A stretch of 64,000 bases of DNA. Origin: Carpediemonas membranifera BICM. Its lineage: Eukaryota > Protista > Fornicata. Position numbers and translations under genes: made by a program. The stretch spans positions 310,001 to 374,000 of the forward strand of contig JAHDYR010000066.1 in the NCBI GenBank assembly GCA_019828565.1, in the 5' to 3' direction. Below are positions 27,771-38,546 of the stretch, one piece after another (within the stretch, counting starts at the first letter, position 1; every line of letters begins with the position of its first letter). The notes beneath the pieces are model-generated. The model worked only from the letters and a program-made list of their open reading frames with translations, searched no databases and was not told the DNA's origin.

Positions 27771-29570
27771 TCACCACTTCCCCTGGGTCACGGCCCGGTA
27801 GAACTGGGCGAGCTGCTGGTATTCCTGCAGCAGTTCCCCCGCCGCCCGCACGCTGAGGCTGTCCACTGTATCGCCGACGAACTTCATGGTCGGCCGGCCT
27901 GTCCCGAATACCCTCGACACCGCCTGTCGGATGGGGTCCAGGCTCTGTGTCGCCGCGTCGCACACAGGGACGCGGGTCGGGGTTGGTGGTCGGGTCGGCC
28001 CCGATCCCATCAGGACTGCGGGGGCGGTGTCGATCGCCACAGCATGGTCGTCAAGCCCGATGTTATCCATGAACCACTGGGATACTGCCGGAGTGCCGGA
28101 ATCAGCTGCATGCCGGACACCTGCCTCTCTGATGTTGACTGCGAACACATCAGGGTCGATAGTCAGCTGGGACGCCTTGATTGCCATGACGAAGTTTGCT
28201 GCCGTCGTCAGATGAGTGAACACATACCCAGCCTCGCCCCGCATCCGATCGGGGTCGTGGATGGCCTGTATGTAGGAGATGTCGCTCATGACCCGGGGCG
28301 GGTTGACGTGAATGAAGACCATCAGGAACACGGGCAGGAAGGCGTCGGCCCCCACAGCACCCTCGTCGGCCGCCTCGAATGCCTCTAAGATGGCCTTGGA
28401 TGCCGCCATCAGACGGCTCAGCTTGGCGGCCGGGGTGTGCTCGCGGTGTAGCATGCGAAGGTGGGTTCCGGCAGTCCGGAGCAGAGCTTTCGGGAACTTA
28501 TCCCAGCATCGGATGTCGAAGTGCTCGGGCCTGACCCAGTCGAGCAGCAGGGTCCTGTGGGCGATCTTCCGGTCCTCGAGGATGTCCTCGTCGCCACGCA
28601 CGGGATACACGAGGCTGAAAGTTTCCACCGCCACCTGGGCCTCCAGCCCGGCCCGGTCGAGGGCGACGGTGTTCTCGTCCTCGGTGAAGTACGGCCCCGA
28701 CATGCTCGCCAGCTGGGCCGCGATGAAGTTCTTCACATCCGCCACACGCTGCTTGCGGCTGGTGGACGGTGTGGCGGTGAGGTTGAATGTGAACGCCCGC
28801 ACCCGGTCTCCGACGAGGCCCGCACGGTGGTCCGCCAGTCGCTGCACCAGTCGCTGGCGGAGGGGGAACGCGTCTCGGTCCGTCAGCGCCTCCGTCGAGA
28901 GGAGGTAGCTGTCGTCGGCAACGTCCTCCTTGAACAGCGGTGTCCGCCCTATACCCGCGGGCATGGCGCTGAGCAGGTCCTTCAGGTCAGACACCGAGGC
29001 GTCCACGCGGATCTTCTTGGCTTGGCGCCGTCGCATCGTCATCGTCGGGCGGGCCTCCTTCTCCCAGCTACAGCCCTGGAACACCAGCGGCAGGTCGAGC
29101 AAGAACACACTGATGGTGCCCAGCCCCTCGAACACCAGCCGCGACTCCCTCATCACCGCAACCTCGGACCGCGGCGACGGCGGGTCCTGCGGCCAGTCGA
29201 GCGCCATGATTGAGCGCTGGGTGACGATCTGTGGCGTCTTGGTACGAAGTCGCGCCTTGCCGTTCGATATCTCTCCGAGCAGACCGTTCGCCGTCGCAAA
29301 TTGCCAGGAGAGCTGCGGGTTGAAGAAAACGACATGTGTCTTAACAAAATCTACCGCGTCATAGTCGATATTTCCGATGGAACTGCTCAGTGGGACCAGC
29401 ACAGCTGCGTTCTCGGAGCTCTCAATCCATTTGGGAAGCTCAGGGAGGTATTCGGGGCTCCTCAGCACGTGTATGAATGGGTTCATAGTAAATTCATCGT
29501 TGGCAGCGGACAACGGATCGTCGTGAACTGCATCATTGCTCATTCGGTGGTTAGAAACAGGTTGTGCCAA
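27771..29570 (-). CDS. VPS9-domain Rab5 GEF
   Basis: GADAFLPV...NPP...YI...GEAGYVFT VPS9 core. Confidence 0.85.
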   Translation of the reverse strand: MAQPVSNHRMSNDAVHDDPLSAANDEFTMNPFIHVLRSPEYLPELPKWIESSENAAVLVPLSSSIGNIDYDAVDFVKTHVVFFNPQLSWQFATANGLLGEISNGKARLRTKTPQIVTQRSIMALDWPQDPPSPRSEVAVMRESRLVFEGLGTISVFLLDLPLVFQGCSWEKEARPTMTMRRRQAKKIRVDASVSDLKDLLSAMPAGIGRTPLFKEDVADDSYLLSTEALTDRDAFPLRQRLVQRLADHRAGLVGDRVRAFTFNLTATPSTSRKQRVADVKNFIAAQLASMSGPYFTEDENTVALDRAGLEAQVAVETFSLVYPVRGDEDILEDRKIAHRTLLLDWVRPEHFDIRCWDKFPKALLRTAGTHLRMLHREHTPAAKLSRLMAASKAILEAFEAADEGAVGADAFLPVFLMVFIHVNPPRVMSDISYIQAIHDPDRMRGEAGYVFTHLTTAANFVMAIKASQLTIDPDVFAVNIREAGVRHAADSGTPAVSQWFMDNIGLDDHAVAIDTAPAVLMGSGPTRPPTPTRVPVCDAATQSLDPIRQAVSRVFGTGRPTMKFVGDTVDSLSVRAAGELLQEYQQLAQFYRAVTQGKW

Positions 29571-29703
29571 ACCTGGCGAATCATGCAGTCGCCCCTGATG
29601 AGCCCTGCCTGCATGCCACGGTGTATATCGGTCTTCCTAGTCGACCCTGGCGTTTTCAGTCCGTTTCGGACCTTTTCTGGCAAAACAGGGCAGCCTCTCC
29701 GTT

Positions 29704-30834
29704 ATGCCTTTTGACTTCGTTGGGGACTTCTCTGGGGCCACAGATGCTATTAACTTCGTATCAGACGATGGATCCTCTGTCGGAGGACCCGCTTGGCTGA
29801 TCCGTTTCCCTGTTTGGCTGGCAGGCAACGAGAACAGGCGCGTTACAGCTCAGTCAGAGCACACCGAGGAGATATTTGTCGGAACAACCACGAAGAGAGG
29901 CTACGTTGTGTTCAACTCTCATGCCGAGGTCCCCAAGCCCCCGCCAGTCCCCCTAGTGGGCCCAGACACGGTCTTGTCAGCGGCAGGACAGGTCACCGAC
30001 ACCCCCACAGCCGCCGAGTTCGATCAGTATGCCTTCACGGGCAGTGCCGTGCCACCTGCCGTGCTGTGCGGGCTGACCGACGTCCTCTTCGCCCAGTCTG
30101 ACGATGGTCCTGTCCGCCCCCTCACTGTGCCCCCCGTCGTGCCCGAGCTGTTCGACCCACATGGACCATACGCCCCAGACGCCATGCTGATGAACCAACT
30201 GTGCGGCCAGGCGCCCGACGTGGGCAGCAGCGTCGCCGTGACCTTCCGTCTCTACTCGTCGAGTCGGGCGGATCAAAGCATCAGCACGGTGCTCTGTCAG
30301 GTGTACACATACCTCTTATCCACGCCCATCTTCGTCTCAGACATCGACGGCACTGTCACCATGAGCGATACGATGGGGGTGATCAAGCCACGCCTGCCCG
30401 GGGGCTTGCGGTCGACTCACCACCATGACGCCATAGGCGATACGTACACAGCCCTGGCGGTCTCGTACCAGCCACTCTACCTGACGGCCCGCACTGTGCT
30501 GATGTCGCCGACGACGAGGGTCTACCTGGACGCCATGCAAGCCCTCGATCTGCCCCGCGGCCCGGTGATCTCGATGGCTGCCGTGCGAAAGGATCATATG
30601 TCGTACAAGGCTGGCGTGCTAGGTGGTATTCGCCGCTTTTTGAAAGAATACGGCGGGCCCCCGATGATTGCTGGGTTCGGGAATAGAGATGGCGATCGAA
30701 TGGCGTATCTGTTGGCCGGGATACGGCATAGGTTTACCATAGATACTGCATCAGTCATCGTTGACGACGAGGGCGGGCGGTGGGAGGGCCACGCCGCCCT
30801 GTGTCCGGACATCCTGCGGGTTGTAAGTCAGTGA
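29704..30834 (+). CDS. Lipin/LNS2 phosphatidate phosphatase-like HAD protein
   Basis: FSGATD N-LIP-like start, VSDIDGTVTMSD, YLTAR, AGFGNR.GD..AY. Confidence 0.85.
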   Translation: MPFDFVGDFSGATDAINFVSDDGSSVGGPAWLIRFPVWLAGNENRRVTAQSEHTEEIFVGTTTKRGYVVFNSHAEVPKPPPVPLVGPDTVLSAAGQVTDTPTAAEFDQYAFTGSAVPPAVLCGLTDVLFAQSDDGPVRPLTVPPVVPELFDPHGPYAPDAMLMNQLCGQAPDVGSSVAVTFRLYSSSRADQSISTVLCQVYTYLLSTPIFVSDIDGTVTMSDTMGVIKPRLPGGLRSTHHHDAIGDTYTALAVSYQPLYLTARTVLMSPTTRVYLDAMQALDLPRGPVISMAAVRKDHMSYKAGVLGGIRRFLKEYGGPPMIAGFGNRDGDRMAYLLAGIRHRFTIDTASVIVDDEGGRWEGHAALCPDILRVVSQ

Positions 30835-30880
30835 CTCGACTGAGTTGATCTTGTGTTTTCCGATAAAGCTTCCTCTCCTG

Positions 30881-31879
30881 TCATGCGGTCGGCATACTGC
30901 CCCTGCCCTTCTTCCCCAGCTTCCTCAACTTGGCCAGGGCACGAATCCTGCCCCGGTGGTGACGCTTGGTCTTGGTCTCAGTCGCCTCGTCGTGGACTGC
31001 AGCTAATGGCTCTGGCAATACCTCAGGTGTAACATCACCAACCGGGCTTGTTCCCGCGTCCTCCGTCCTGACCCGATTGACCCCGTGTTGGCCGAGCATG
31101 GCGGCGGCGTCCTTGGCGATGACCGCGGCAAGGTCCAGCTGTTGCACTTCACTCAACGGCAAGATTGGCCCGACGTTGGTCAGCTCCCGGCATAGCATGC
31201 CGCGGGAAGCTGCCAGCTTGAGAGCCCCTGCCCGTTCGAGCTCTGCGAAGGAATGACGGATGATGGTCAACGCAGCCTGGGTCGAGTCAAGAGCGAAAGT
31301 TTCCCGCTCAGCCTCAGTTGCGGCGCGGGTCGGGTCTGACGCAGGCACCCCGGGGATGTGACCCTTGGCGAGGCAGAAGTCAAGGACAGAAAACTGTCGC
31401 AGGACACCCAGGGCAGTCCGGGCCGACGCTACGTGGCTGTGTAACGGGCAGGGTGGGGTACTTTCATCTTCACTGTCGCGGTGTCCAGGGTCGAGACGGC
31501 ACCGTGGGGCTCGGGTAGGACCTGATCCTCCGATGGCACCGTCATACCATTCCCAGCAGCGATGCTTGCCGCCCAGTGCACGTCGATCGTGTCTCCGGGT
31601 CGAAGGACTGCGTGAGGGGATAGCCAGGGACACGTACCATAGTCCTCGGAGGATAAGGGATCGAGGATGACGCCCTGGTTGGATAGCTCCATGTGTTCAA
31701 CATCCAGGGCGTATGTACCGCTGCTGAACTGCGTGAGAACCATCGTGTTGACGCACCTCATTGAGCAATCTCTCGACTGCTTTCTTCACACTTGCTACAG
31801 AAACATATACTGGAACTTCAAGCGTGCCTGCAATGATATTGAATGGCAATAGCCGGATTCGAACGGTGATGAGCGACAT
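30881..31879 (-). CDS. Putative ubiquitin-like-domain protein, introns 31729-31756 and 31608-31637; link to last exon unresolved
   Basis: Spliced N-terminus MSLITVRIR...VSVASVKKAV...LSNQGVILD...LRPGDTIDV has a Ubl-type pattern. Both introns end in ctcacgcag. Confidence 0.45.
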
Positions 31880-32176
31880 TCCTGGTGATGGTCGTGATGC
31901 GAACTCTGGATTTACGAGATCTAACATATATATGGGCCAACGTGCCAGGCCAATGCTCCCAATGCCAGCTCCTACCACCACCCCACTGTTGGGTCTAGGC
32001 ACTTGTTTCAGAATCTCCGCGGGTGCCAGTCTGAGGGGCTGGGCGGTGGATTCATCATCACCACATGCGTTAGCCTGCCACGGTATCCAGCAATACAAAC
32101 ACACAAGATCGGAACACAAACTTTAGAGATGAAGAAATGACCGGATCAGAGATCCGAGAGAGGAGAGAGGCCGAAG

Positions 32177-32683
32177 CTAGAAAGAAGAGTCGGACACGTC
32201 CGACACAGTGACAGACTCGTCAGTGCTGTCGTCGTCCGGGTCGAAGTCCTTGCCGATGAGGATTTCCTTGACGAGGTTGAGCTGGGATGTTTTGCGTTTG
32301 GTTCGGGCTGTCTGGAACAGAACCCGACCCAGGATCACCACGTTGGCCATGTATGCAGACAATCCGAGTAGAATGGCAAGCAGGAAGGCCAAGGCTGTCA
32401 CTGAAACCAGTCCAAGGAGCAGCGGCGCCGACGGGATGAAGGCTGCGAGCAGAACATCGATGAGACAAAACACAGCCAGCGATAGCAGAATCATACCCCA
32501 GAATAGAATCGTAACGCCACCCAAGTTAATCATAGTTTGATTCTCGAGGGAGTACCCGATAAACGCTGATCCCAGCCCGACAGGAACGATATTAAGCATA
32601 CTTCCGACAAGAAATAGCCTTATATATCGCGAATGATCGAAATTAACATCAGTCTGTTTCTGCACAGCGTCCGTGAACGCCAT
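32177..32683 (-). CDS. Small multi-pass membrane protein
   Basis: About three hydrophobic segments and an acidic tail. Confidence 0.55.
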   Translation of the reverse strand: MAFTDAVQKQTDVNFDHSRYIRLFLVGSMLNIVPVGLGSAFIGYSLENQTMINLGGVTILFWGMILLSLAVFCLIDVLLAAFIPSAPLLLGLVSVTALAFLLAILLGLSAYMANVVILGRVLFQTARTKRKTSQLNLVKEILIGKDFDPDDDSTDESVTVSDVSDSSF

Positions 32684-32945
32684 AACAACAGTCGACTTGC
32701 ACCGTGCTTGAATTAATCAAAGGTACCGTGACGATCTCCCGCTTTCATCGCCCACCATCGGCCGGGAGATCCTGGTGTGGTGGATTGCACCGCCTCGTGC
32801 CAAGAAATCCAGTCGTTACTGGGCCGTTGTGATGCATTCGATAACCTTGAAGGGAGATCGACTCAATCCCAGATCCACCGATGATTCAAAATATCTCCAC
32901 AGAACGGCCTCATTCCTTCATTCCTTTACTAGCCTTGACAAGCCA

Positions 32946-34118
32946 TTAGTAGGTCGGCGGCCGACGGAGGAGGGGAGATGTCTTAGGCACGGTCGTCATC
33001 GACTCCGCGGGCTGCTCCTTGCCGCACACGCCGCACTGCCCGGTGTGGGAGTGGTGGTGGTGGGTCGGCTTCGGGGTCGATATCATGCGCTCCAGCTCCT
33101 TCTCGTCCCTGATGCGAGCCTCCCGCTGCCTGATCTGGTCATCCAGGGTGTTGTTCAGGCTGGTCCGCTCGTTCTCCCGGGCTCTGCGGGCGGCCTCGTC
33201 GCGCCGGGCCTGCTCGGCGGCAGCTCTGGCGTTTGCCTCCTCCTCCGCGCGCCGGGCCTCTATTGCTCTGCGCTGGGCGGCCTCGCGCTTGCTCTCAATG
33301 GACCGAGTCCACTCCTTCCTCATCTCGGCGGCCTCGCGGTCCATGGCTGCTCGGGCACTGATCGCTGCCTGCCGCGCCTTCTCCGCCTTCTCTTGGTTCT
33401 CCGCGACGATACGTCGGTCCATGTCCTTCTCGGCGTCCGCGTGCCGCATCTTCTCCTCCATCTGGCGTCTGAGGCTATCCCGGTAGGCCGCCTTCTCTTC
33501 GGCGGGTGTGCCGCGTGCGTCTGTCCAGTGAATCATCGGCGTGGTGTTGTATGTCTCGGGCTCGGCCTTCTTCACACGGCAGGCAATCGAATCCGCATAG
33601 TCCTGGGCAGCCTGGCGCTTGTACTCCTCCTGGCGGCGTCTGGCCTCCTCGAGGGCGGCACGGTGCTTGGCCTCTCTGGCGGACATCTCCTTGGCCTCGC
33701 GAGTCTGCTGCTCACGGGCAGCAGCCTTGGCAGCCTCCTCGCGGGCTACTGCCTGGCGATGATACTCCTGGCGCTCATTCATCTCGGAAAGACGCTGGGC
33801 ACGCATGCGTTCGGACTCTGCGGCGGCCTCGGCCTTTGCCTGGGCGGCGGTTGCCTGTGCAATGCGGCGATCAGCCTCCTGCTGAGCCGCACTGCGGGCA
33901 TTGCGCTCAGAAATGAGGCTTTCGTTCACGCAAGAGTCGCAGATGAACTCCTTACCGGGTGGGGGCATCTCGTTACGCGGTGTCGTGGCAACAGGGGTGT
34001 TTGCGTCCTTGTGCTGGTGCAACTGGGACATATATTCCTCGCGTTGGGCAGGAAGCATCGACTGCAGACGGTATTCAGAGATGTATGGCGATACAAGCGG
34101 GTTTGTTGACGAAAACAT
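32946..34118 (-). CDS. Charged coiled-coil (trichohyalin-like) protein
   Basis: E/R/Q/A-rich helical ORF with Cys pairs at both ends. ATG 34118 avoids overlap with the next gene. Confidence 0.65.
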   Translation of the reverse strand: MFSSTNPLVSPYISEYRLQSMLPAQREEYMSQLHQHKDANTPVATTPRNEMPPPGKEFICDSCVNESLISERNARSAAQQEADRRIAQATAAQAKAEAAAESERMRAQRLSEMNERQEYHRQAVAREEAAKAAAREQQTREAKEMSAREAKHRAALEEARRRQEEYKRQAAQDYADSIACRVKKAEPETYNTTPMIHWTDARGTPAEEKAAYRDSLRRQMEEKMRHADAEKDMDRRIVAENQEKAEKARQAAISARAAMDREAAEMRKEWTRSIESKREAAQRRAIEARRAEEEANARAAAEQARRDEAARRARENERTSLNNTLDDQIRQREARIRDEKELERMISTPKPTHHHHSHTGQCGVCGKEQPAESMTTVPKTSPLLRRPPTY

Positions 34119-34248
34119 GGAATTGGTGTTGAGCAAAATTCTGCGAAAACTGGACCGCCGAATCTTTACTGATATCCCAGCGGGTGCGCCGAGAGATGGG
34201 CTTGGCCCTCTACCAGGCCCTAGTGTCGTTGCTCGCCCGTTCCGCCAT

Positions 34249-35202
34249 TCACCACAGCACCACAGACCCCTGGATGACGGCAACGAGCAGGGAGACGACC
34301 TCCCGGAAGAAGTCAAGCTGCTTCCTCGCAACACTGATGCCGGTCTCGTATGAACTGATTGATATGACCCGGAACGACGCCTGACAGAAGGCAGCGCTCT
34401 GGCATTGCCCGTGGAACAGCCAGAAGAACCGGTACTGGTTCACCGTGCTCGTCACAAGGGCCACACGCTTGTAGCTGGCGTCCACGAGTATCGGTGTGGT
34501 GAATCTAGCCTTGCCCACTGCGTCCTTGCTCTGGTTCTCGAGCACCAGGGTTGCTTGGGGCACCCCGCGACTGGACAGCCACGACCCCATCGCCTCGGCC
34601 TCCGTCGTCTTGTCCGATGCGGCCGGGTTCCCCCCAGTCAGTATGACCTGCCCGCGGATCCGACCCTGCCTGTACAGGGCCAGGGCAGCTTCCAGACGGG
34701 ACTCGAGCTCACCCTGTATCCCTCCGTCGGCAGCTAGCTCGAACCCAGGCACGACCACGGCGTCGAAGTCCTTGCCATCGTCGTTATGGACCGCAAACAC
34801 TGACCACTCCATGGTTCCAAGCGCGTCTCGCGGCCACAGGACTGCAGCGAGCACGTAGAGCAGGATTGTCACAGCGACGGCCACGATAGCGGATAGCACC
34901 ATCGAAGAGCAGCATCCCAAGATTTGGATGAGCTTTGGCCGGCGGCGGTGGCGCTTGGACACCATGGCCTTCTTGGTGTTCTGGATGATGGTGGGCGTTG
35001 CCATTGAAAGCAAGGACTCGGAGTGAAACACGCGTTTCTTATCTCCTTTCTCGCTCACGGTCTCGGACCCGAAGGCACCGTATGCGCCCGGGGCGGGGAT
35101 CCGGGACAGCAGCGGCAGCTCGCCGGGACTGTCGAAGTAGCTTATGCCGATACCTGTTGTAGTAGAGATGGTGGAAGAGACTGAAGCCCTTCTAGACGAC
35201 AT
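34249..35202 (-). CDS. DUF218 (YdcF/SanA-like) membrane-anchored protein
   Basis: DAVVVPG, RLEAALAL, ILTGG, TEAEAM, GVP...LE..S, LVTS. Confidence 0.75.
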   Translation of the reverse strand: MSSRRASVSSTISTTTGIGISYFDSPGELPLLSRIPAPGAYGAFGSETVSEKGDKKRVFHSESLLSMATPTIIQNTKKAMVSKRHRRRPKLIQILGCCSSMVLSAIVAVAVTILLYVLAAVLWPRDALGTMEWSVFAVHNDDGKDFDAVVVPGFELAADGGIQGELESRLEAALALYRQGRIRGQVILTGGNPAASDKTTEAEAMGSWLSSRGVPQATLVLENQSKDAVGKARFTTPILVDASYKRVALVTSTVNQYRFFWLFHGQCQSAAFCQASFRVISISSYETGISVARKQLDFFREVVSLLVAVIQGSVVLW

Positions 35203-35366
35203 TTCTGGCTCGTGGATGGACTTTCTTCCTCTTGAATGTTTTCACTCCGTCGGCCACGATCCGCCGAATATCTATGGGCAGATTCGCCGTCCCCACACCG
35301 CAACGCAGCGTCTCAGTCCCGTCACAGCCCCTGGCACGGGTAATCGGTATTTATCTCTCAGATCTC

Positions 35367-36161
35367 TTAGAGCTCGCTAAACCCGCCGGCAGCCTCGGAG
35401 GATCCGGTGAGGAGGTCGAAGGCGCGGCCGTGGTAGACGATAGTCAGGGCATCGGAGTAGGGCATCAGGAAGGGGGCGAGGAAGCCAAGGGACAGCAGGT
35501 TGCCGAGGTGGAAGACCCAGCGGAGGGAGGCCTGGACGAGGTTCGGCTGCCAGTTGGCAAGGGCCGCCATGGCGTTGATGCGCCAGGCATCGACGATGGA
35601 CATGTCGTCATCGACGAAGTTGATGACGTTGTCGACGAAGAAGTGGTAGATGATGAGGAAGGGGCCAAGGGAGTGCAGCAGCGTGTACACCGCCACGTCG
35701 ATCGCAGAGTGGATGGAGAAGGTCATGACGTTGGAGCCGAACTGGCGGGCCATCTCAAGGGCGGGAATATCCTGGCCCTGGGCCGTGCGGAGCATGCAAA
35801 CGCGGAGGGTCAGGTGGAGGAAGCGGAATGCGGCAATGGCGACCATGATGACGCCACCGGCGAGGACAATGATGCACATGATGCAGAGGTAGCACAGGAT
35901 CTCGAGGAAGGTTCCAAGAACACCAAGCTCGTCATCTCTGCAGAAATCAATGATCGAATCGAAGAGGCCGTAGACGATAATTATGGCAAGAGTCATGATG
36001 GCGATCGTCGCCACCTTGGCAGCAACCATAATGGCGTACGCACCAAACCACCTGAGTGGATTGCTGCGGATGAGGAAATCGTAAGCCTTGAAGAAGTCGC
36101 TCTTCGAGAACTTGGCATTCTGCATGTTGCTTTCTACAATCTTACCGTCTAGAATCTTCAT
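35367..36161 (-). CDS. Multi-pass membrane protein (DUF975-like, tentative)
   Basis: Several TM segments; LSLGFLAPFLMPY motif; strong codon bias. Confidence 0.5.
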   Translation of the reverse strand: MKILDGKIVESNMQNAKFSKSDFFKAYDFLIRSNPLRWFGAYAIMVAAKVATIAIMTLAIIIVYGLFDSIIDFCRDDELGVLGTFLEILCYLCIMCIIVLAGGVIMVAIAAFRFLHLTLRVCMLRTAQGQDIPALEMARQFGSNVMTFSIHSAIDVAVYTLLHSLGPFLIIYHFFVDNVINFVDDDMSIVDAWRINAMAALANWQPNLVQASLRWVFHLGNLLSLGFLAPFLMPYSDALTIVYHGRAFDLLTGSSEAAGGFSEL

Positions 36162-36424
36162 TGGCCGGTATTGCTTCTTTCAAGCGAATTATTGACTTGT
36201 AGCCAACTGTGAGATTCATCGGCAAAAACGAGTCGGAAAGGAGGAAAGTCTCGTGATCTGGGTAGCACTGGCAGTACTTTCTTGGTCTACACCATCTATC
36301 CAGCGAAATACGAGACCTCGACGAGGTTGTCAAGACTGAGAACATGTGCTTTTACCGCGTTTCAGCGTGGAATAGGATAATCCGTGGTGACACTGGCCAG
36401 TACAAGGCCAGTAGTATCCGTGCT

Positions 36425-36781
36425 CTACCTGCGATTCCGTCTCTTCTTTCCAAGAGCAAGCTTTCCGCTGGCCTCAGGTACCCGCTTCGTTTCTACAGGC
36501 GCCTCTGCATTCCGTTCCTTCTCTTTCTCGGCAGCCTTGGCCTTCCGGATCTCATTTTTCAGTTGGGCTGCCTTCAGGCGGGGCTCTTCCCTTTTCTCTG
36601 GCACGGCGCCGATTGATAGGCGTGGAGGTCTTACTGACTGAGCGGTGATATGTGCAAGACGTTCATCGGACTTCTTTTGAGCCGGATTGTATGGTGCACG
36701 CTTTAATACGTCGTCAAGCAGTAAATTCAGGGCGCCGTCGTCCATCAGCTCGTTGCCAGTGCAGGTTATGCTAGCGGTCAT
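36425..36781 (-). CDS. Small basic hypothetical protein
   Basis: 118-aa ORF ending KKRRNRR (NLS-like). Confidence 0.4.
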   Translation of the reverse strand: MTASITCTGNELMDDGALNLLLDDVLKRAPYNPAQKKSDERLAHITAQSVRPPRLSIGAVPEKREEPRLKAAQLKNEIRKAKAAEKEKERNAEAPVETKRVPEASGKLALGKKRRNRR

Positions 36782-36893
36782 TCAGACCCTACTGGGCCAC
36801 TGGGCTCGCGGCGCAGACTATGATATGAACCATATGGGCAATGGAAGGCTGGTAGGAACGTGACCTTATCCTGCGAAAGAGCCGCAAGGCGCA

Positions 36894-38157
36894 ATGGACG
36901 CTCAGCAAGTAGAAAACGAAAGGCGTTCTGCGAATCGCAAGGCGTGGAAGAAGAATGCCCCATATTTCAACGATATGGTCCTTTCAGAGGTCATGGAGTG
37001 GCCCAGCCTCACTTTCCAGTTCTTTCCTGACAAACAGGTGTACGTCTTTATCACGCCCCTCACACAGCACCACAGACAACGATCTTGCCATGATACGCAC
37101 CCTCAGTGGAACCAATGCCATGGAGAACCCCGACGAGCTGGACTCGCTCCTCATCTCGACGTTTACCCTCCCCGCGAACGCATCCCTGATCACGTCACAT
37201 GATGTCGCGGCGGTATCCATCGACACGAAGCTGACAGACACCATAGCGAAGGATGGGGCGGACCCCGACGCCGTACTGGTAGAGATGGGCGGGTTCGTTG
37301 AGCTGAGGAAGCTTCCCGACGCATACAACAAGCAGATGGTCATCTCATACGGCATAGAGCAGCGCATACGGCACAACGGGGAGGTGAACAAGGCCCGCCT
37401 GGCCCCGAACAACGCCAACCTCATTGCTGCGAGGGGGCCTGACAGGGCGATCCACATCTTCGACCGCGTTAACCAGCCTGGCACAGGGGGGCTGCTGCTG
37501 AGGACGGACAGGGAGGCCCAGCCCGACTTCACGCTGACCGGCATGGCCGATGAGGGCTTCCCGCTTGACTGGGCGCCGGGAGTAGACGGCATGCTCGCGG
37601 CGGGGGACAACTCGGGGGTGGTCGCCCTGTGGGACCTGAACAAGGCGGACGGGCGGCCCACAGCGACGTGGGACGTAGGGGACGCTGTGTGCGACCTGGC
37701 ATGGCACCCGACTGCGTCTGACATCGTCGTGATCGCAGGAGACGCTACCTGCGCTGTGTTCGATGCCCGCACCCAGACGGTGGCGGTCGACTTCGAGAAG
37801 CCCGCCATGGCAGCAAAGGCGTGTCCCCTGGACCCATACGCCGTCGGTGTCTGTCGGGCCGGTGCGTTCGAGCGCGTGGACATGCGGCAGCCTCTTACCC
37901 CCGTCACCGTGACCGAGACGCCGTCCGAGACGTACTGCCTTTCGTGGTCTCCCCACGTGCCGTACTGCGCTGTCGGATGCGAGGACGGCGAGGTGTGTCT
38001 GATCAGTCTCGACGGAGCCCTTAGCCACGTTCACGGTGACCACACGAGGCGGGTGAACGACGTCGACTGGCACCCGAACCTCCCGTGGACGCTAGGGAGC
38101 GTGGGGGATGACTGCAGACTGTCGGTGTGGCAGCCGGACAGGTCCGTCGTGGGTTGA
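36894..38157 (+). CDS. RBBP4/MSI1/Hat2-type WD40 histone chaperone, one intron (37040-37067)
   Basis: WKKNAPY...EWPSLTFQ, HNGEVNKAR, H.DHT..VND.DW.PN.PW. The intron gtacgt...ctcacacag joins two track ORFs. Confidence 0.85.
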
Positions 38158-38546
38158 GCGGCCCAGTTACAATAAAGTGCTTGGATTTTGCGTCCCAGTC
38201 CATTACTCCCAGCTGTAAGAGCCACTCCTCTGGGTGCAACATGTCTAGGTTGGCAGACACTGCACATCAAGGGGAACTACTCAAGGATAGGTCGAAATGT
38301 AGGAGTCGTGGGCGTCGCCTGTTGGCCTGTAACAAAGAATGAAAGAATGTATACCTGTACTAAGGGTCAACTCATTGTCTTCGTGTCATCTCCTGCTTGA
38401 CCTGTTTCAGCCTGTCAGTGAACCAAAGGATGAGCACCTTAGCGAGGAGTCACTCAACTGGCGATATGGCCGGGTCTCTCGCCGGGCTGGGACGACTGGG
38501 CGATGCCTCATCCGTTGCAGTGGCTTAGGTACACTTTATATTATAC

